NCBI RefSeq assembly: GCF_000007145.1
Contig: NC_003902.1
Coordinates: forward strand, 3,356,497 to 3,388,496
Length of the DNA stretch: 32,000 nt
Direction: 5' to 3'
DNA from: Xanthomonas campestris pv. campestris str. ATCC 33913
GTDB lineage: Bacteria; Pseudomonadota; Gammaproteobacteria; Xanthomonadales; Xanthomonadaceae
The notes under the pieces are model-generated. The model was not told the origin of the DNA. It saw only the letters and a list, made by a program, of their open reading frames with translations, and did no database searches. The first letter of the stretch is position 1; the number at the start of each line of letters is the position of its first letter. The translations under genes were made by a program, and so were the position numbers. Shown piece by piece: positions 10,001-18,481 of this stretch.

Positions 10001-10555
10001 GGTCAGCATGCTCATGATGGTGTCGCTGGGCAGCCCGTCCGGCGCATCGGGCGTGGCACGGAACACCGTGAGCCGGCCATCTTCTTCGCGCCGGCACAGG
10101 CCACCGTTGCTGGTTCCGATCCAGAGTGCGCCCTGCGCCTGTGCCAGCGCCCATACCTGACCGGCGCAGGCGTTGCTGACGGCGGGAAAGCTGACAAAGC
10201 CCTCGCGCTCGGCATCGAACATGGCCAGCGGCGAGCCATTGATGCCCAGCCAAACCCTGTCGCGGTCATCGACCAACAGCGTTTCCACTTCGTTGCCGGG
10301 GATCGAGCGCGCGCTCAGTGGGTCGTGCTGCCACACCTGCAAGCCGATGCCGTCATAGCGCGCCAGCCCATCGCTGGTCGCGGCCCAGACATACCCCTGC
10401 CGGTCCTGTGCCAAAGCCAGCACCATGCGCGAGGGCAAGCCATCGCCCGGACCGAACCGGCGCATGCGTGGTGTTTCGATCTGCTCTGCCGCCAGCGCAC
10501 TGGCGCCCATCAGCAGCAGCACCGCCGCCAGCACCCAGCTGGCATGTTTCCGCAT
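7013..10555 (-). CDS. hybrid sensor histidine kinase/response regulator with a periplasmic propeller plus Y_Y_Y sensor domain (paralog 2)
   Basis: Same architecture as paralog 1. ATG 10555 gives MRKHASWVLAAVLLLMGASALAAE (signal peptide) with GGGGA 11-15 nt upstream. H-box LGHEVRTPM, HATPase boxes and a C-terminal receiver with LLDLDLPGLDG are present. Confidence 0.9.
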   Translation of the reverse strand: MRKHASWVLAAVLLLMGASALAAEQIETPRMRRFGPGDGLPSRMVLALAQDRQGYVWAATSDGLARYDGIGLQVWQHDPLSARSIPGNEVETLLVDDRDRVWLGINGSPLAMFDAEREGFVSFPAVSNACAGQVWALAQAQGALWIGTSNGGLCRREEDGRLTVFRATPDAPDGLPSDTIMSMLTDARGRLWIGTGSGLVMRDGERFVRIAPERLSATVFKLSKDPDGTLWVGSSKGQYRVTPAGVLEPAPWKGAENVRAGTVVHDVHGGYWVAAADGFFRVAPGETALRVMDGDRGSGFLTAESGVLDLLQDRQGGLWLGLISQGLAYLPPDWQRFSTILQTQGKPLESLYLVNAAADGDSFLVTTGDGVYRLGAQGDVVPVVHSAALGGDTVQSVLPNADGSLWIALRDDVTHYVPATGKKRRLGLQVDQDKSQRPELMARGIDGEFWLSIVGGGVQRRAADGRLLAEFRFGTDLSEPGGMVQQLTIRPDGSAWVAAGDDPWVWQGERFRRVIDDAEHEVYALAFVSPREFWTGRPGALERYGWDGHKATLLERVGHAQGMPATEIRGLALGGTDTVWATTSRGLFAYRRGQPQVRMFGQRDGLPDSEFSMRPPVTGPSGQVLALTTSGIVLFDPTRPFAPVPQAQLVIQSVQVRRNDAERPQQVPHKRPIVLQARDRDLRISARLLSFVDPGLARYRYRVDGYDERWVEQGATGERVISRLPPGDYQVQVQARAGTGDWVAAPALTLQVQPPWWMSPAAQMVAVAVCLLLFGLGVWAWRRRVRRQQEWVLARQRQQLAEQASIAKSNFLATLGHEVRTPMTGVLGMSELLLATPLDAKQRGHVDAIRKAGAHLLRLVNDALDLARIEAGKLELVQQPFEPSQLTQELADFMHPIVEARGLRFHYRNQLPAALVVVGDATRVRQILINLLGNAIKFAERGEVGLTVSQHGDCLRFKVRDSGPGIGPEQQKRLFQRFEQGEGARTNARYGGSGLGLAISQELTVAMKGKIRVRSRLGVGTQFTVDLPLPIDRSPLRPVAGEARIPAGAPLRILLVEDDPTVAEVISGLLAGRGHRVVHAAHGLAALSEAVDGEFDVALLDLDLPGLDGFALAAQLRRLGHAFPLLAVTARADGDAQTQAQAAGFDGFLRKPVTADMLVEAIAAVQAVARERDRATPLLG

Positions 10556-10636
10556 CTGCACTGTGATCCCCATCGTCCCTGCATTCCCCAATGCCATCCG
10601 CCAGTCGCACTGTACCCGCACGCTGGCGTTCAGGAC

Positions 10637-13600
10637 TCAGACCGGCGTCTCCGGCGGCGCCTTGTCCATCGCATCGTCGGCCAGGACCTGGGCCAAGGCC
10701 TGTGCCAGCAGGTCGCCGGTGAGCGGTTTGCGCAAGAACCCATTGCATCCGGCGGCCAACGCCTGGGGCTCGGCATCGGCATCGGCGCGCGCGGTCACCG
10801 CCACGATCGGGAAGCACACGCCGCGTGCGCGCAGCTGCGCCACCAGCGCCGCGCCATCGAGCCCCGGCAGGTCCAGGTCGCACAGGCCCGCGTCGAAGCT
10901 GCGCGCGCTCACCTCGGCCAGCGCCGCCAGGCCATGCAACACGTGCGTGACGTGATGCCCGCGCCCCTGCAGCAGGCCAACGATCACCTGCGCCACGGTC
11001 ACGTCGTCTTCGACCAGCAACAACTGCAGCGGCGCCTGGTGCACCGGCGGAACCGCACGTGCCACCGCGGTGGTCGAAGGCGCCGGCGTGCTCACCCAGC
11101 GCAGCGGCAGCTCCACCACGAAACAAGCGCCCTGGCCCAACGCGCTACTGACGCCCACCGACCCGCCCATCGCCGCTGCCAACTCGCGACAGATCGCCAA
11201 GCCCAGCCCGCTGCCGCCATGCCGCGTGGTCGTGCGCCCTCCTTCGGCCTGTTCGAAGCGCTGGAACAGCCGCCCACGCTGCTCTTCACTCATGCCCGGC
11301 CCGGTGTCGCTGACCTCCACGCGGATACCGCCGCCGCCCGCCTGCAGGGGCAACACGCGCAGACGCACCTGCCCGCGCTCGGTGAACTTGACCGCGTTGA
11401 ACAACAGGTTGAGCAGGATCTGCTGGACCCGGTTCGCATCGCCATGCAGCGCGCGCGGCAGGCTCTCATCCAGGTGGCACTCGAACGCAAGCTGCTTCTG
11501 TTCGGCACTGGGCCGCACCAGGTCGACCACCTGCCGGATCAACTGACGCAGATCGAAATCGCGATCGTCCAACGCCAGTTTGCCCGCCTCGATACGCGCC
11601 AGATCCAGCGCATCGTTGACCAGCCGCAGCAAGTGCTTGCCCGCCGACTGGATCGCACTGGCATAGCCTTGCTGACGCCCATCCAACGGCGTTTGCAACA
11701 ACAACTCGCTCATGCCCAGCACACCGGTCATGGGGGTGCGCACTTCATGCCCAAGCGTCGCCAGAAAACGCGTCTTGGCCTGCGAGGCCTGTTCGGCGAG
11801 CTCACGCTTGTGCTGCGCCAGTTGCCATTGCGCACGCATACGCACGCGCCGGCGATAAGCGGCGGCGAGCAAGACACCCAACATCATGCCGACCAAGACC
11901 ATCACGGCGATGCCGAAACGGCTGCGCCACCAGGGGGGATTGACGATGAATTCAAGCGTCTGCACCTTGGAGGCGTTACCCAGCGGGTCGATCCCCTGCA
12001 TTTCCAGCACGTAGTCGCCAGGTGGCAAGGACGAGAATTCGCGCATCCCGCTGGCATCGTGATCCACCCAGCCGGTGTCGAAGCCACTGAGGCGGGTGCG
12101 ATACCGGTTGGCCATAGGGTCCACGAACGACAGTAGCCGCATGTTGATGCGCAATTGGCGATCATCTGGCGAGAGCGAAAAACCACCCCTGATCGGCAGC
12201 ATGCGGCGCCGATCGGCAAGCTGCACGCTGACCGTTTCCAGGCGCATTGCCGGGGTGAACGAGGGCACGTCCGGCGCCTGCGTGTCGATCAGCACCGTGT
12301 AGCCATCGGCCGTTCCGCCGACGAGCACACCGTTGCGGGCCATCATCAGACAGCGGTGGCTGAACTCCAGACTGGTCAATCCGTCGCGCACGCCGAAACT
12401 GCGGATGCGTGCCTGCGGCGTGCGCGGATCGATGCGCCACAGGCCGCGAGGCCCGGACATCCAGAGCCGGCCGACGCCGTCGCGCTCCAGTCCGTAGGCG
12501 TCCATCGCCGGAAAACCCTCGGCAGAACGGATGCGGCGCTCCCGTTTCCAGACTGCGCCATCACTGGACCAACGCTCAAGACTGCCTGCGCGATACAGCC
12601 ACAGGTGCGTTGCATCTTCGACCACGAAGGCCTGAAGCGTCTCGTCCGTCTTCAGCCCTGGCACCGAGACGAAGCGCCGCGTTGCGGCCTGCCACGCATA
12701 CATGCCGCCGAAGGCGCTCAACCACATCCGCCCATCCGGCCCCTTGCGGATCTGCGGCGACACCACTTCCGTCAGCCCATGCGGATGCTGTTGATCGATC
12801 GTCTCCAACAGGCGTCCGGTGGCCAGATCGCGCTGCTGGATGACTTGCTCGTAAGCGGCCCACACCGTGCCGTCGCCCGGTTCACCGATCCACAGTGCCG
12901 CTTCGGCCGGGCCTTCGTCGCTAAAGTGCTCCAGCGCGCCGGTGCGCAGGTCCAGGCGCGACAATCCATATTCACCGCTGGCCAACCAGAGCTTGCCGCG
13001 GCTGTCTTCCAGCGCGGTGGTGATCTGCATCGTGCCCAGATCCGCAGCCTGGATGCCGGTCTGAATCAGGGCGCCGGATGATGTGTCGTAGCGCAGCAGA
13101 CGTCCGTTGCCATCGAACTGCCATAGCCCGCCGGATCGCGCAGCCGGCGCAAGACTGCAGGACAGCCCCTTGCCCTGATCGTTGACCTGTTTGAAGGCCG
13201 CAGTACGACGCCAGTCTTCACGCAGATAGGCCAGACCACGCCCATGCAGCGGCACCCAGATGCCGCCATGCCGGCTGCGCCAGATGGTAGTGACGTGCCG
13301 GTTGGACACCAACGGGGAATCACCATTGTTGACGGGGACCGGTGGCTGCCCGGGCCGTGTATGCCAGAGACCTTGCTCGGTCCCTAGCCAGAACTCGCCA
13401 TCGCCTGCGTCTGCAACGGTCCACACTCGGTTGCCCGCCGCAAACATCGGCGCCCACGACGGTGTGTGCCAGACGCCGGAGGGATCCATGTAACGCAATC
13501 CGGTGTCGGTGGCGGCCCACAACCGTTGCCCCACCCACTGCAGCGCATTGATGCCGCTGTCGTCGCCATCCGGGTGTACGCGGTGCGCGGCCAGACCATC

Positions 13601-14197
13601 GTGATACGCCAGGCCGCCGAGCGTGCCGATCCACATCCGGTCGCGATCATCCAGCGCCAGCGCGTACACCGCGCTGGGCGCCAGCGGGTCGTCCATCTTG
13701 GCCAGATCGAGCGAGGTGAACGTCCCCTTTGCATCCAGGCGCAGCACGTTGCCGGTGGACATGCCGAACCAGATTTCGTCGCCGCGCCCTGCAATCGCGT
13801 AGACGTCACCGAACGACAACTCCGGCACCTTCTCAGGCAGGTAAGCGGTCAAGGTGGCGCGATCGGCGCTCAACATCGCCACACCGGCTCCGCCCAGCGC
13901 CAGCCAGATGCGATCCTGCGCGTCGATGTAGATCGCCTGCAGCAGATTGCTTCTGAGCGAGCGTGGGTCGGCTGGGTCGTTGCGCCACACCTTGAACCCG
14001 GCGCCGTCGTAGCGGATCAACCCGTCGCCGGTAGTCATCCACAAATAACCGGCGCGATCCTGCGCAATGGCGGTGATCATGGTCGACGGCAGCCCATCGG
14101 CCGGGCCCACGATGCGGAACCTCGGAATGGCCGGCACCTCTGCCAACGCAGGAACCCCTGCCAGGACAGCAAGCACGACGAACAACAGCAAACGCAT
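10637..14197 (-). CDS. hybrid sensor histidine kinase/response regulator with a periplasmic propeller plus Y_Y_Y sensor domain (paralog 3)
   Basis: Same architecture. ATG 14197 gives MRLLLFVVLAVLAGVPALAE with GGAAAGGA upstream. Its stop is only 81 nt from the paralog 2 start with no hairpin terminator between them, so the two are probably co-transcribed. Confidence 0.9.
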   Translation of the reverse strand: MRLLLFVVLAVLAGVPALAEVPAIPRFRIVGPADGLPSTMITAIAQDRAGYLWMTTGDGLIRYDGAGFKVWRNDPADPRSLRSNLLQAIYIDAQDRIWLALGGAGVAMLSADRATLTAYLPEKVPELSFGDVYAIAGRGDEIWFGMSTGNVLRLDAKGTFTSLDLAKMDDPLAPSAVYALALDDRDRMWIGTLGGLAYHDGLAAHRVHPDGDDSGINALQWVGQRLWAATDTGLRYMDPSGVWHTPSWAPMFAAGNRVWTVADAGDGEFWLGTEQGLWHTRPGQPPVPVNNGDSPLVSNRHVTTIWRSRHGGIWVPLHGRGLAYLREDWRRTAAFKQVNDQGKGLSCSLAPAARSGGLWQFDGNGRLLRYDTSSGALIQTGIQAADLGTMQITTALEDSRGKLWLASGEYGLSRLDLRTGALEHFSDEGPAEAALWIGEPGDGTVWAAYEQVIQQRDLATGRLLETIDQQHPHGLTEVVSPQIRKGPDGRMWLSAFGGMYAWQAATRRFVSVPGLKTDETLQAFVVEDATHLWLYRAGSLERWSSDGAVWKRERRIRSAEGFPAMDAYGLERDGVGRLWMSGPRGLWRIDPRTPQARIRSFGVRDGLTSLEFSHRCLMMARNGVLVGGTADGYTVLIDTQAPDVPSFTPAMRLETVSVQLADRRRMLPIRGGFSLSPDDRQLRINMRLLSFVDPMANRYRTRLSGFDTGWVDHDASGMREFSSLPPGDYVLEMQGIDPLGNASKVQTLEFIVNPPWWRSRFGIAVMVLVGMMLGVLLAAAYRRRVRMRAQWQLAQHKRELAEQASQAKTRFLATLGHEVRTPMTGVLGMSELLLQTPLDGRQQGYASAIQSAGKHLLRLVNDALDLARIEAGKLALDDRDFDLRQLIRQVVDLVRPSAEQKQLAFECHLDESLPRALHGDANRVQQILLNLLFNAVKFTERGQVRLRVLPLQAGGGGIRVEVSDTGPGMSEEQRGRLFQRFEQAEGGRTTTRHGGSGLGLAICRELAAAMGGSVGVSSALGQGACFVVELPLRWVSTPAPSTTAVARAVPPVHQAPLQLLLVEDDVTVAQVIVGLLQGRGHHVTHVLHGLAALAEVSARSFDAGLCDLDLPGLDGAALVAQLRARGVCFPIVAVTARADADAEPQALAAGCNGFLRKPLTGDLLAQALAQVLADDAMDKAPPETPV

Positions 14198-14293
14198 GTG
14201 GGCATCCTTTCCACGTCCAGTCCGCATGCTCGCAACGGATCGTTGCGAACGCAAGCCAAGCGCGCGCTGCCGGGATGTGTCTAGAATCCGCCC

Positions 14294-14971
14294 ATGACGC
14301 CTCTCGCCCGCCTGCTGGCCTTCCCTGCCCTGGTCCTGACCAGCCTCGCCGCCACCGCCGCGCCGGTGCGCTACGCGCTGGATCCGGTCCACACCCGGGT
14401 GCTGTTCGCGGTGGAACATGCCGGGTTTTCCAAGGCGTTGGGCACCGTGTCCGGCAGCAGCGGCACCCTGGTGTTCGATCCGGACGACTGGGCGGCGGCA
14501 ACGCTCGAGGTCACCGTGCCGCTGCGCCGCGCGGACCTGGGCGATGCGAAATGGAACGAGGCCACCCTGGCACGCAACCTACTCGACGCCGAGCGCTTTC
14601 CTGACGCGCATTTCGTCTCCACCAAGGTCGAGGCCAGCGATGCGACCCACGCCAAGGTCACCGGCAACCTCACCCTGCACGGGGTCACCCGGCCGGTCAC
14701 GCTGGACGTCACCCTCAACGCGCTCAAGCGGCATCCGTTACCGCCATTCCGCCGCACCGCCGGCTTCTCGGCCACGGCCACGCTCAGCCGCGCCGCGTTC
14801 GGCGTGGATGCCTGGAAGTCGATGATCGGCGACACCGTCGAGCTGCGCATCGAAGCCGAGGCCGTCCGCGAAGGGCGCGCCGACAGCGACGACGATGCCG
14901 GCAAGACCACCGAGCCCGCCGCGCCGGAGCAACCCGCACCAGCGACCACCGATACGGAGAGCGGCCGATGA
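14294..14971 (+). CDS. YceI-family periplasmic (polyisoprenoid-binding) protein with an acidic/Pro-rich C-terminal tail
   Basis: Signal peptide MTPLARLLAFPALVLTSLAATAAP, then YceI-like Y-x-LDP-x-HT-x-V-x-F...H-x-G...G-x-F...L-x-V...D...RF-P...F-x-S...G-x-LT-x-HGVT-x-PV. Confidence 0.88.
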   Translation: MTPLARLLAFPALVLTSLAATAAPVRYALDPVHTRVLFAVEHAGFSKALGTVSGSSGTLVFDPDDWAAATLEVTVPLRRADLGDAKWNEATLARNLLDAERFPDAHFVSTKVEASDATHAKVTGNLTLHGVTRPVTLDVTLNALKRHPLPPFRRTAGFSATATLSRAAFGVDAWKSMIGDTVELRIEAEAVREGRADSDDDAGKTTEPAAPEQPAPATTDTESGR

Positions 14972-15531
14972 GCCTGAAGAATGTCGAGCGCTGGGGCGGC
15001 GTCAGCCAGACCCTGCACTGGTTGATCGCGCTGCTGATCCTGGTGCTGGGCATCGTGGGCCTGACCATGGGCGAGCTGCCCAAGACGCCCAAGTATTTCT
15101 GGGTCTACACCGCGCACAAATCCGTGGGCCTGACCGTGCTGGCCCTGGTCATCGCCCGCCTGGGCTGGCGGCTGTATGCCGGCGCCCCGCCACCGGTGCC
15201 GGGCACGCCAAGCTGGCAGGAACGCATCGCCGGGTTCACCCACTGGCTGCTGTACGCGATGATCTTTGCGATGCCGCTGTCCGGGTGGCTGTACGACTCC
15301 ACCAGCGGGCTGCGCCCGTTCCGCTGGTTCGGCCTGTTCAACGTGCCCAAGCTCAGCGCACCGGACGAGCAGCTGCGCGCGGTGTCCCACACCGTGCACG
15401 AATGGGGCTTCTGGCTGTTGATTGCCGTGGTCCTGGCGCACGCCGGCGCCGCGCTCTACCACCATCTCTTCCAACGCGATGCCACGCTGACGCGCATGCT
15501 GCCGCGTGGCTGGCTCTCCCCCAAACCGTAA
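14968..15531 (+). CDS. cytochrome b561 family protein (CybB-like, 4 TM)
   Basis: Contains conserved His-bearing helices (TLHWLIALLIL, HKSVGLTVL, THWLLYAMIF, LAHAGAALYHH). ATG 14968 overlaps the upstream TGA (ATGA), and GGAGAG lies 8 nt upstream. Confidence 0.9.
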   Translation: MSLKNVERWGGVSQTLHWLIALLILVLGIVGLTMGELPKTPKYFWVYTAHKSVGLTVLALVIARLGWRLYAGAPPPVPGTPSWQERIAGFTHWLLYAMIFAMPLSGWLYDSTSGLRPFRWFGLFNVPKLSAPDEQLRAVSHTVHEWGFWLLIAVVLAHAGAALYHHLFQRDATLTRMLPRGWLSPKP

Positions 15532-15541
15532 AGGATGTCGC

Positions 15542-16111
15542 ATGTCTTCCAGGCTGTTTGCCTCCCCCCTGCTGGTAGCGTCCGCGCTGGTCGCCACCTT
15601 CGCCGCCGCCCCGGTGCTGGCCGCCGACTATGTCCAGGCGCCCGGCTCCTCGCTGGTGTTCGCCAGTAAGTACGACGGCGAAGTGTTCACCGGCACCTTC
15701 CCGGGCTTCGACACCACGCTGAGCTTCGATCCCGCCAACCTGGCCGGCGCCAAGCTCGATGTGCGCATCCCGCTGGCCGGTGCCAAGAGCGGCAACGGCG
15801 ACCGCGATTCCACCCTGCAGGGGCCGGACTTCTTCAACGTGGCCAAGTTCGCCACCGCGCGCTACCACGCCGAGAAATTCCGCGCGCTGGGCGGTAACCA
15901 GTACGCCGCCGACGGCACCCTGGAGCTGCGCGGTGTCAGCAAGCCGGTCACGCTGACCTTCACCTGGACGCCCGGCGCGCAGCCGGTGCTGGCCGGCAAG
16001 GCCACCGTCAAGCGCCTGGACTTCGGCGTGGGCGGCGGCGACTGGACCGATACCAAGACCATTCCCAACGAAACGGCAATCAGCACCAAGGTGGTGTTCA
16101 AGGCGAAGTGA
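15542..16111 (+). CDS. YceI-family periplasmic protein
   Basis: Signal peptide MSSRLFASPLLVASALVATFAAAPVLAADY and a YceI-like core (...G-x-F...D...R-D...L...FF-x-V-x-KF-P-x-A...G-x-L-x-L-x-GV-x-KPV). AAGGA precedes ATG 15542, which I prefer to the ORF-track start at 15506. Confidence 0.9.
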   Translation: MSSRLFASPLLVASALVATFAAAPVLAADYVQAPGSSLVFASKYDGEVFTGTFPGFDTTLSFDPANLAGAKLDVRIPLAGAKSGNGDRDSTLQGPDFFNVAKFATARYHAEKFRALGGNQYAADGTLELRGVSKPVTLTFTWTPGAQPVLAGKATVKRLDFGVGGGDWTDTKTIPNETAISTKVVFKAK

Positions 16112-16145
16112 CGCGCCACCGGCCGCACCAGGACGCGGCCACTGA

Positions 16146-16180
16146 ACGGCGGACTACCTCGTCGGGTCCGCCGTTTTTTT
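16146..16180 (+). terminator. rho-independent terminator of the yceI-cyt b561-yceI operon; may also serve the convergent gene
   Basis: ACGGCGGAC (16146-16154), an 11-nt loop, GTCCGCCGT (16166-16174), then a run of seven T (16174-16180). It sits between the stops at 16111 (+) and 16186 (-). Confidence 0.85.
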
Positions 16181-16185
16181 ATGTC

Positions 16186-16422
16186 TCATGCATGGGGTGC
16201 AGCGTCCAGCCAGGCGCGCAGACGTGGCGCATCGAATGGCCAGTCCAGCTCACGCCCCATCGGGTCGCGCAACACCGGCACACGCAGACCATAAGCGGAC
16301 TCTAGCGCCGCATCGTCGTCGATGAACACGCTGAAGAACGCGCCTGCGCGCGCCTGGGCCAGCGCTTCCACGGCCTGGTCGCAGAGGTGGCAGTCGTCGC
16401 GCTGGTAAAGGGTCAGGGCCAT
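16186..16422 (-). CDS. small glutaredoxin-like / thioredoxin-fold protein (DUF836-type)
   Basis: 78 aa: [17 protein letters not shown]...VPVL. It has an N-terminal beta strand, a CxxC motif (CHLC) and a cis-Pro-like VPV, typical of the glutaredoxin-2/DUF836 family. Confidence 0.75.
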   Translation of the reverse strand: MALTLYQRDDCHLCDQAVEALAQARAGAFFSVFIDDDAALESAYGLRVPVLRDPMGRELDWPFDAPRLRAWLDAAPHA

Positions 16423-16508
16423 GCGGGGGGTCTCATGCTGCGCTGCAGCCGTGCTGCGATCGCCAAGCGCTTAGAATAGCGGGCTTCTTGCTCACCTCCC
16501 CGGCACGC

Positions 16509-17891
16509 ATGGCTGTCAGTACGTTCGACCTGTTCAAGATCGGTATCGGTCCGAGTTCCTCGCATACCGTGGGGCCGATGCGCGCCGCCGAGCGCTTCGT
16601 CCACCGCTGGTTGCTCGATACCGGCCGCTTGCAGGAGGTGACACGTCTGCGCGCCGAAGTTTTCGGCTCGCTGGCATTGACCGGGCGCGGCCATGGCACC
16701 GACAAGGCGGTGCTGCTCGGGCTGGAAGGGCATCGCCCGAACCTGATCGACCCGGATGTCATCCCCGCCACGCTCGAGCGCATCCGCAGCAGCAAGCGCA
16801 TCAACCTGATGGGCCAGCATGAAATCAGCTTCGACGAAAAGCGCGACCTGCCGATGAACAAGCGGCAGAAGCTGCCGTACCACACCAACGGCATGCGCTT
16901 CACCGCCTACGATGCAACCGAAGCGGTGATTGCCACGCGCGATTACTATTCGGTGGGCGGCGGTTTCGTGGTCAACCAGGACGACGCCGCCGACGACCGC
17001 ATCGTGGCCGACGAGACTCCGTTGCCCTACCCGTTCCTCAGCGGCGACGAGCTGCTGGCGCAGTGCGCGCGCAGCGGCCTGAGCATTGCGCAACTGATGT
17101 TCGAGAACGAAAAGAGCTGGCGTAGCGAAGACGAGATCCGCGCCGGCCTGCGGGAGCTGTGGAACGCCATGCAGTCGTGCGTGGCACGTGGCATTCGCGA
17201 AGAAGGCACCCTGCCCGGCGGCCTGAACGTCTCGCGCCGTGCGCCCGCGCTGTACCGCGAGCTCTCCTCCAAGCCCGAAGCGGCGATGCGCGACCCGTTG
17301 ACCACGCTGGATTGGGTCAACCTCTACGCACTCGCCGTCAACGAAGAAAATGCCGCAGGCGGCCGCGTGGTCACCGCGCCCACCAACGGTGCAGCCGGCA
17401 TCATTCCCTCGGTGCTGCATTACTTCGATCGTTTTTGCCCGGGCGCTTCGGAACAACGCATTTTCGACTTCCTGCTCACCGCAGCGGCAATCGGCATCCT
17501 GTACAAGGAAAACGCCTCGATTTCCGGTGCCGAAGTGGGCTGCCAGGGCGAAGTGGGTGTGGCCTGCTCGATGGCCGCCGGCGGCCTGGTCGCCGCGCTC
17601 GGCGGCAACCCCGGGCAGATCGAGAATGCAGCGGAAATCGGCATGGAGCACAACCTCGGCCTGACCTGCGACCCGATCGGCGGGCTGGTGCAGATCCCCT
17701 GCATCGAACGCAACGCGATGGGGGCAGTGAAAGCCATCAACGCCAGCCGCATGGCCATGCGTGGCGACGGCAAGCACAAGGTGTCACTGGACAAGGTCAT
17801 CAAGACCATGCGCGACACCGGCCGTGACATGCAGGACAAGTACAAGGAAACCAGCCGTGGCGGGCTGGCGGTGAATGTCATCGAATGCTGA
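16509..17891 (+). CDS. sdaA: L-serine ammonia-lyase (L-serine dehydratase), single-chain Fe-S type
   Basis: [27 protein letters not shown]... and C-terminal ...[18 protein letters not shown]...[22 protein letters not shown] are hallmark SdaA motifs. I prefer ATG 16509 to the ORF-track start at 16488. Confidence 0.95.
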   Translation: MAVSTFDLFKIGIGPSSSHTVGPMRAAERFVHRWLLDTGRLQEVTRLRAEVFGSLALTGRGHGTDKAVLLGLEGHRPNLIDPDVIPATLERIRSSKRINLMGQHEISFDEKRDLPMNKRQKLPYHTNGMRFTAYDATEAVIATRDYYSVGGGFVVNQDDAADDRIVADETPLPYPFLSGDELLAQCARSGLSIAQLMFENEKSWRSEDEIRAGLRELWNAMQSCVARGIREEGTLPGGLNVSRRAPALYRELSSKPEAAMRDPLTTLDWVNLYALAVNEENAAGGRVVTAPTNGAAGIIPSVLHYFDRFCPGASEQRIFDFLLTAAAIGILYKENASISGAEVGCQGEVGVACSMAAGGLVAALGGNPGQIENAAEIGMEHNLGLTCDPIGGLVQIPCIERNAMGAVKAINASRMAMRGDGKHKVSLDKVIKTMRDTGRDMQDKYKETSRGGLAVNVIEC

Positions 17892-18481
17892 GTCGGTGCG
17901 TGGCTTAGAGCGGCTAACAAAACGTAGCGAGCAGTCGTCAGGTGGGTGCGGACGGCGCGGAGGAACCGGAATGTAGGTGGGTACATGCCGATTCCGAGCA
18001 CCGGCCGCGCCCGCCTGGCGGCTGCGCAGTCGCTTTGATAGCTGCTCTTGGTGCGTGCGTGACACAAGACCGGCCATCCTTTGCTGGACGCAGCGGTGGG
18101 CCGGTTGGACAACGTGACCGTAATGCGCGCGGACGCTGCGCTTGTTCCAAGCAGCGGCCGTACGGCACCGCGGCGCGCCGTGGATACGTTGATCGCAATC
18201 GCCCGCGTGGTGCGCGTGGCACCCTATTGCCCTCGCACACGTCTGCGATGCTTCTTTTATTTCTCCACTCGCCTGTTCTGACAAGCGCGCGTCAAAGCGC
18301 GATCGTCAGCGCGACGCTAGCTGCCAACCAAACCGTTGCTCGACAGTTCGATCCAAGTACAGGCGCGACGCCTTTGTACAGCGCAAGCGTTGAGTGGCGC
18401 TCAGTAGCGGCCGCCACGTGCTGTACGCGCTCACCACAGCGCGCTGTGTAGCCTTGCGGCATTGCTCACCTGGAGATCGCG

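Noticed and set aside
9752-12136. 794-aa ORF on the + strand spanning the kinase 2 / kinase 3 junction
   Set aside because: It is antisense to two well-supported kinase genes and has shadow-frame composition with no motifs.
14371-15597. 408-aa ORF on the - strand
   Set aside because: It is antisense to the yceI and cytochrome b561 genes, which have clear family motifs and signal peptides. It is a shadow frame.
16413-17777. 454-aa ORF on the - strand
   Set aside because: It is antisense to sdaA, whose identity is unambiguous.
18217-18231. Sigma54-like TGGCAC...TTGC element in the sdaA-hydrolase spacer
   Set aside because: The spacing is GG-N9-GC rather than the strict GG-N10-GC, and no enhancer-binding-protein gene is nearby.
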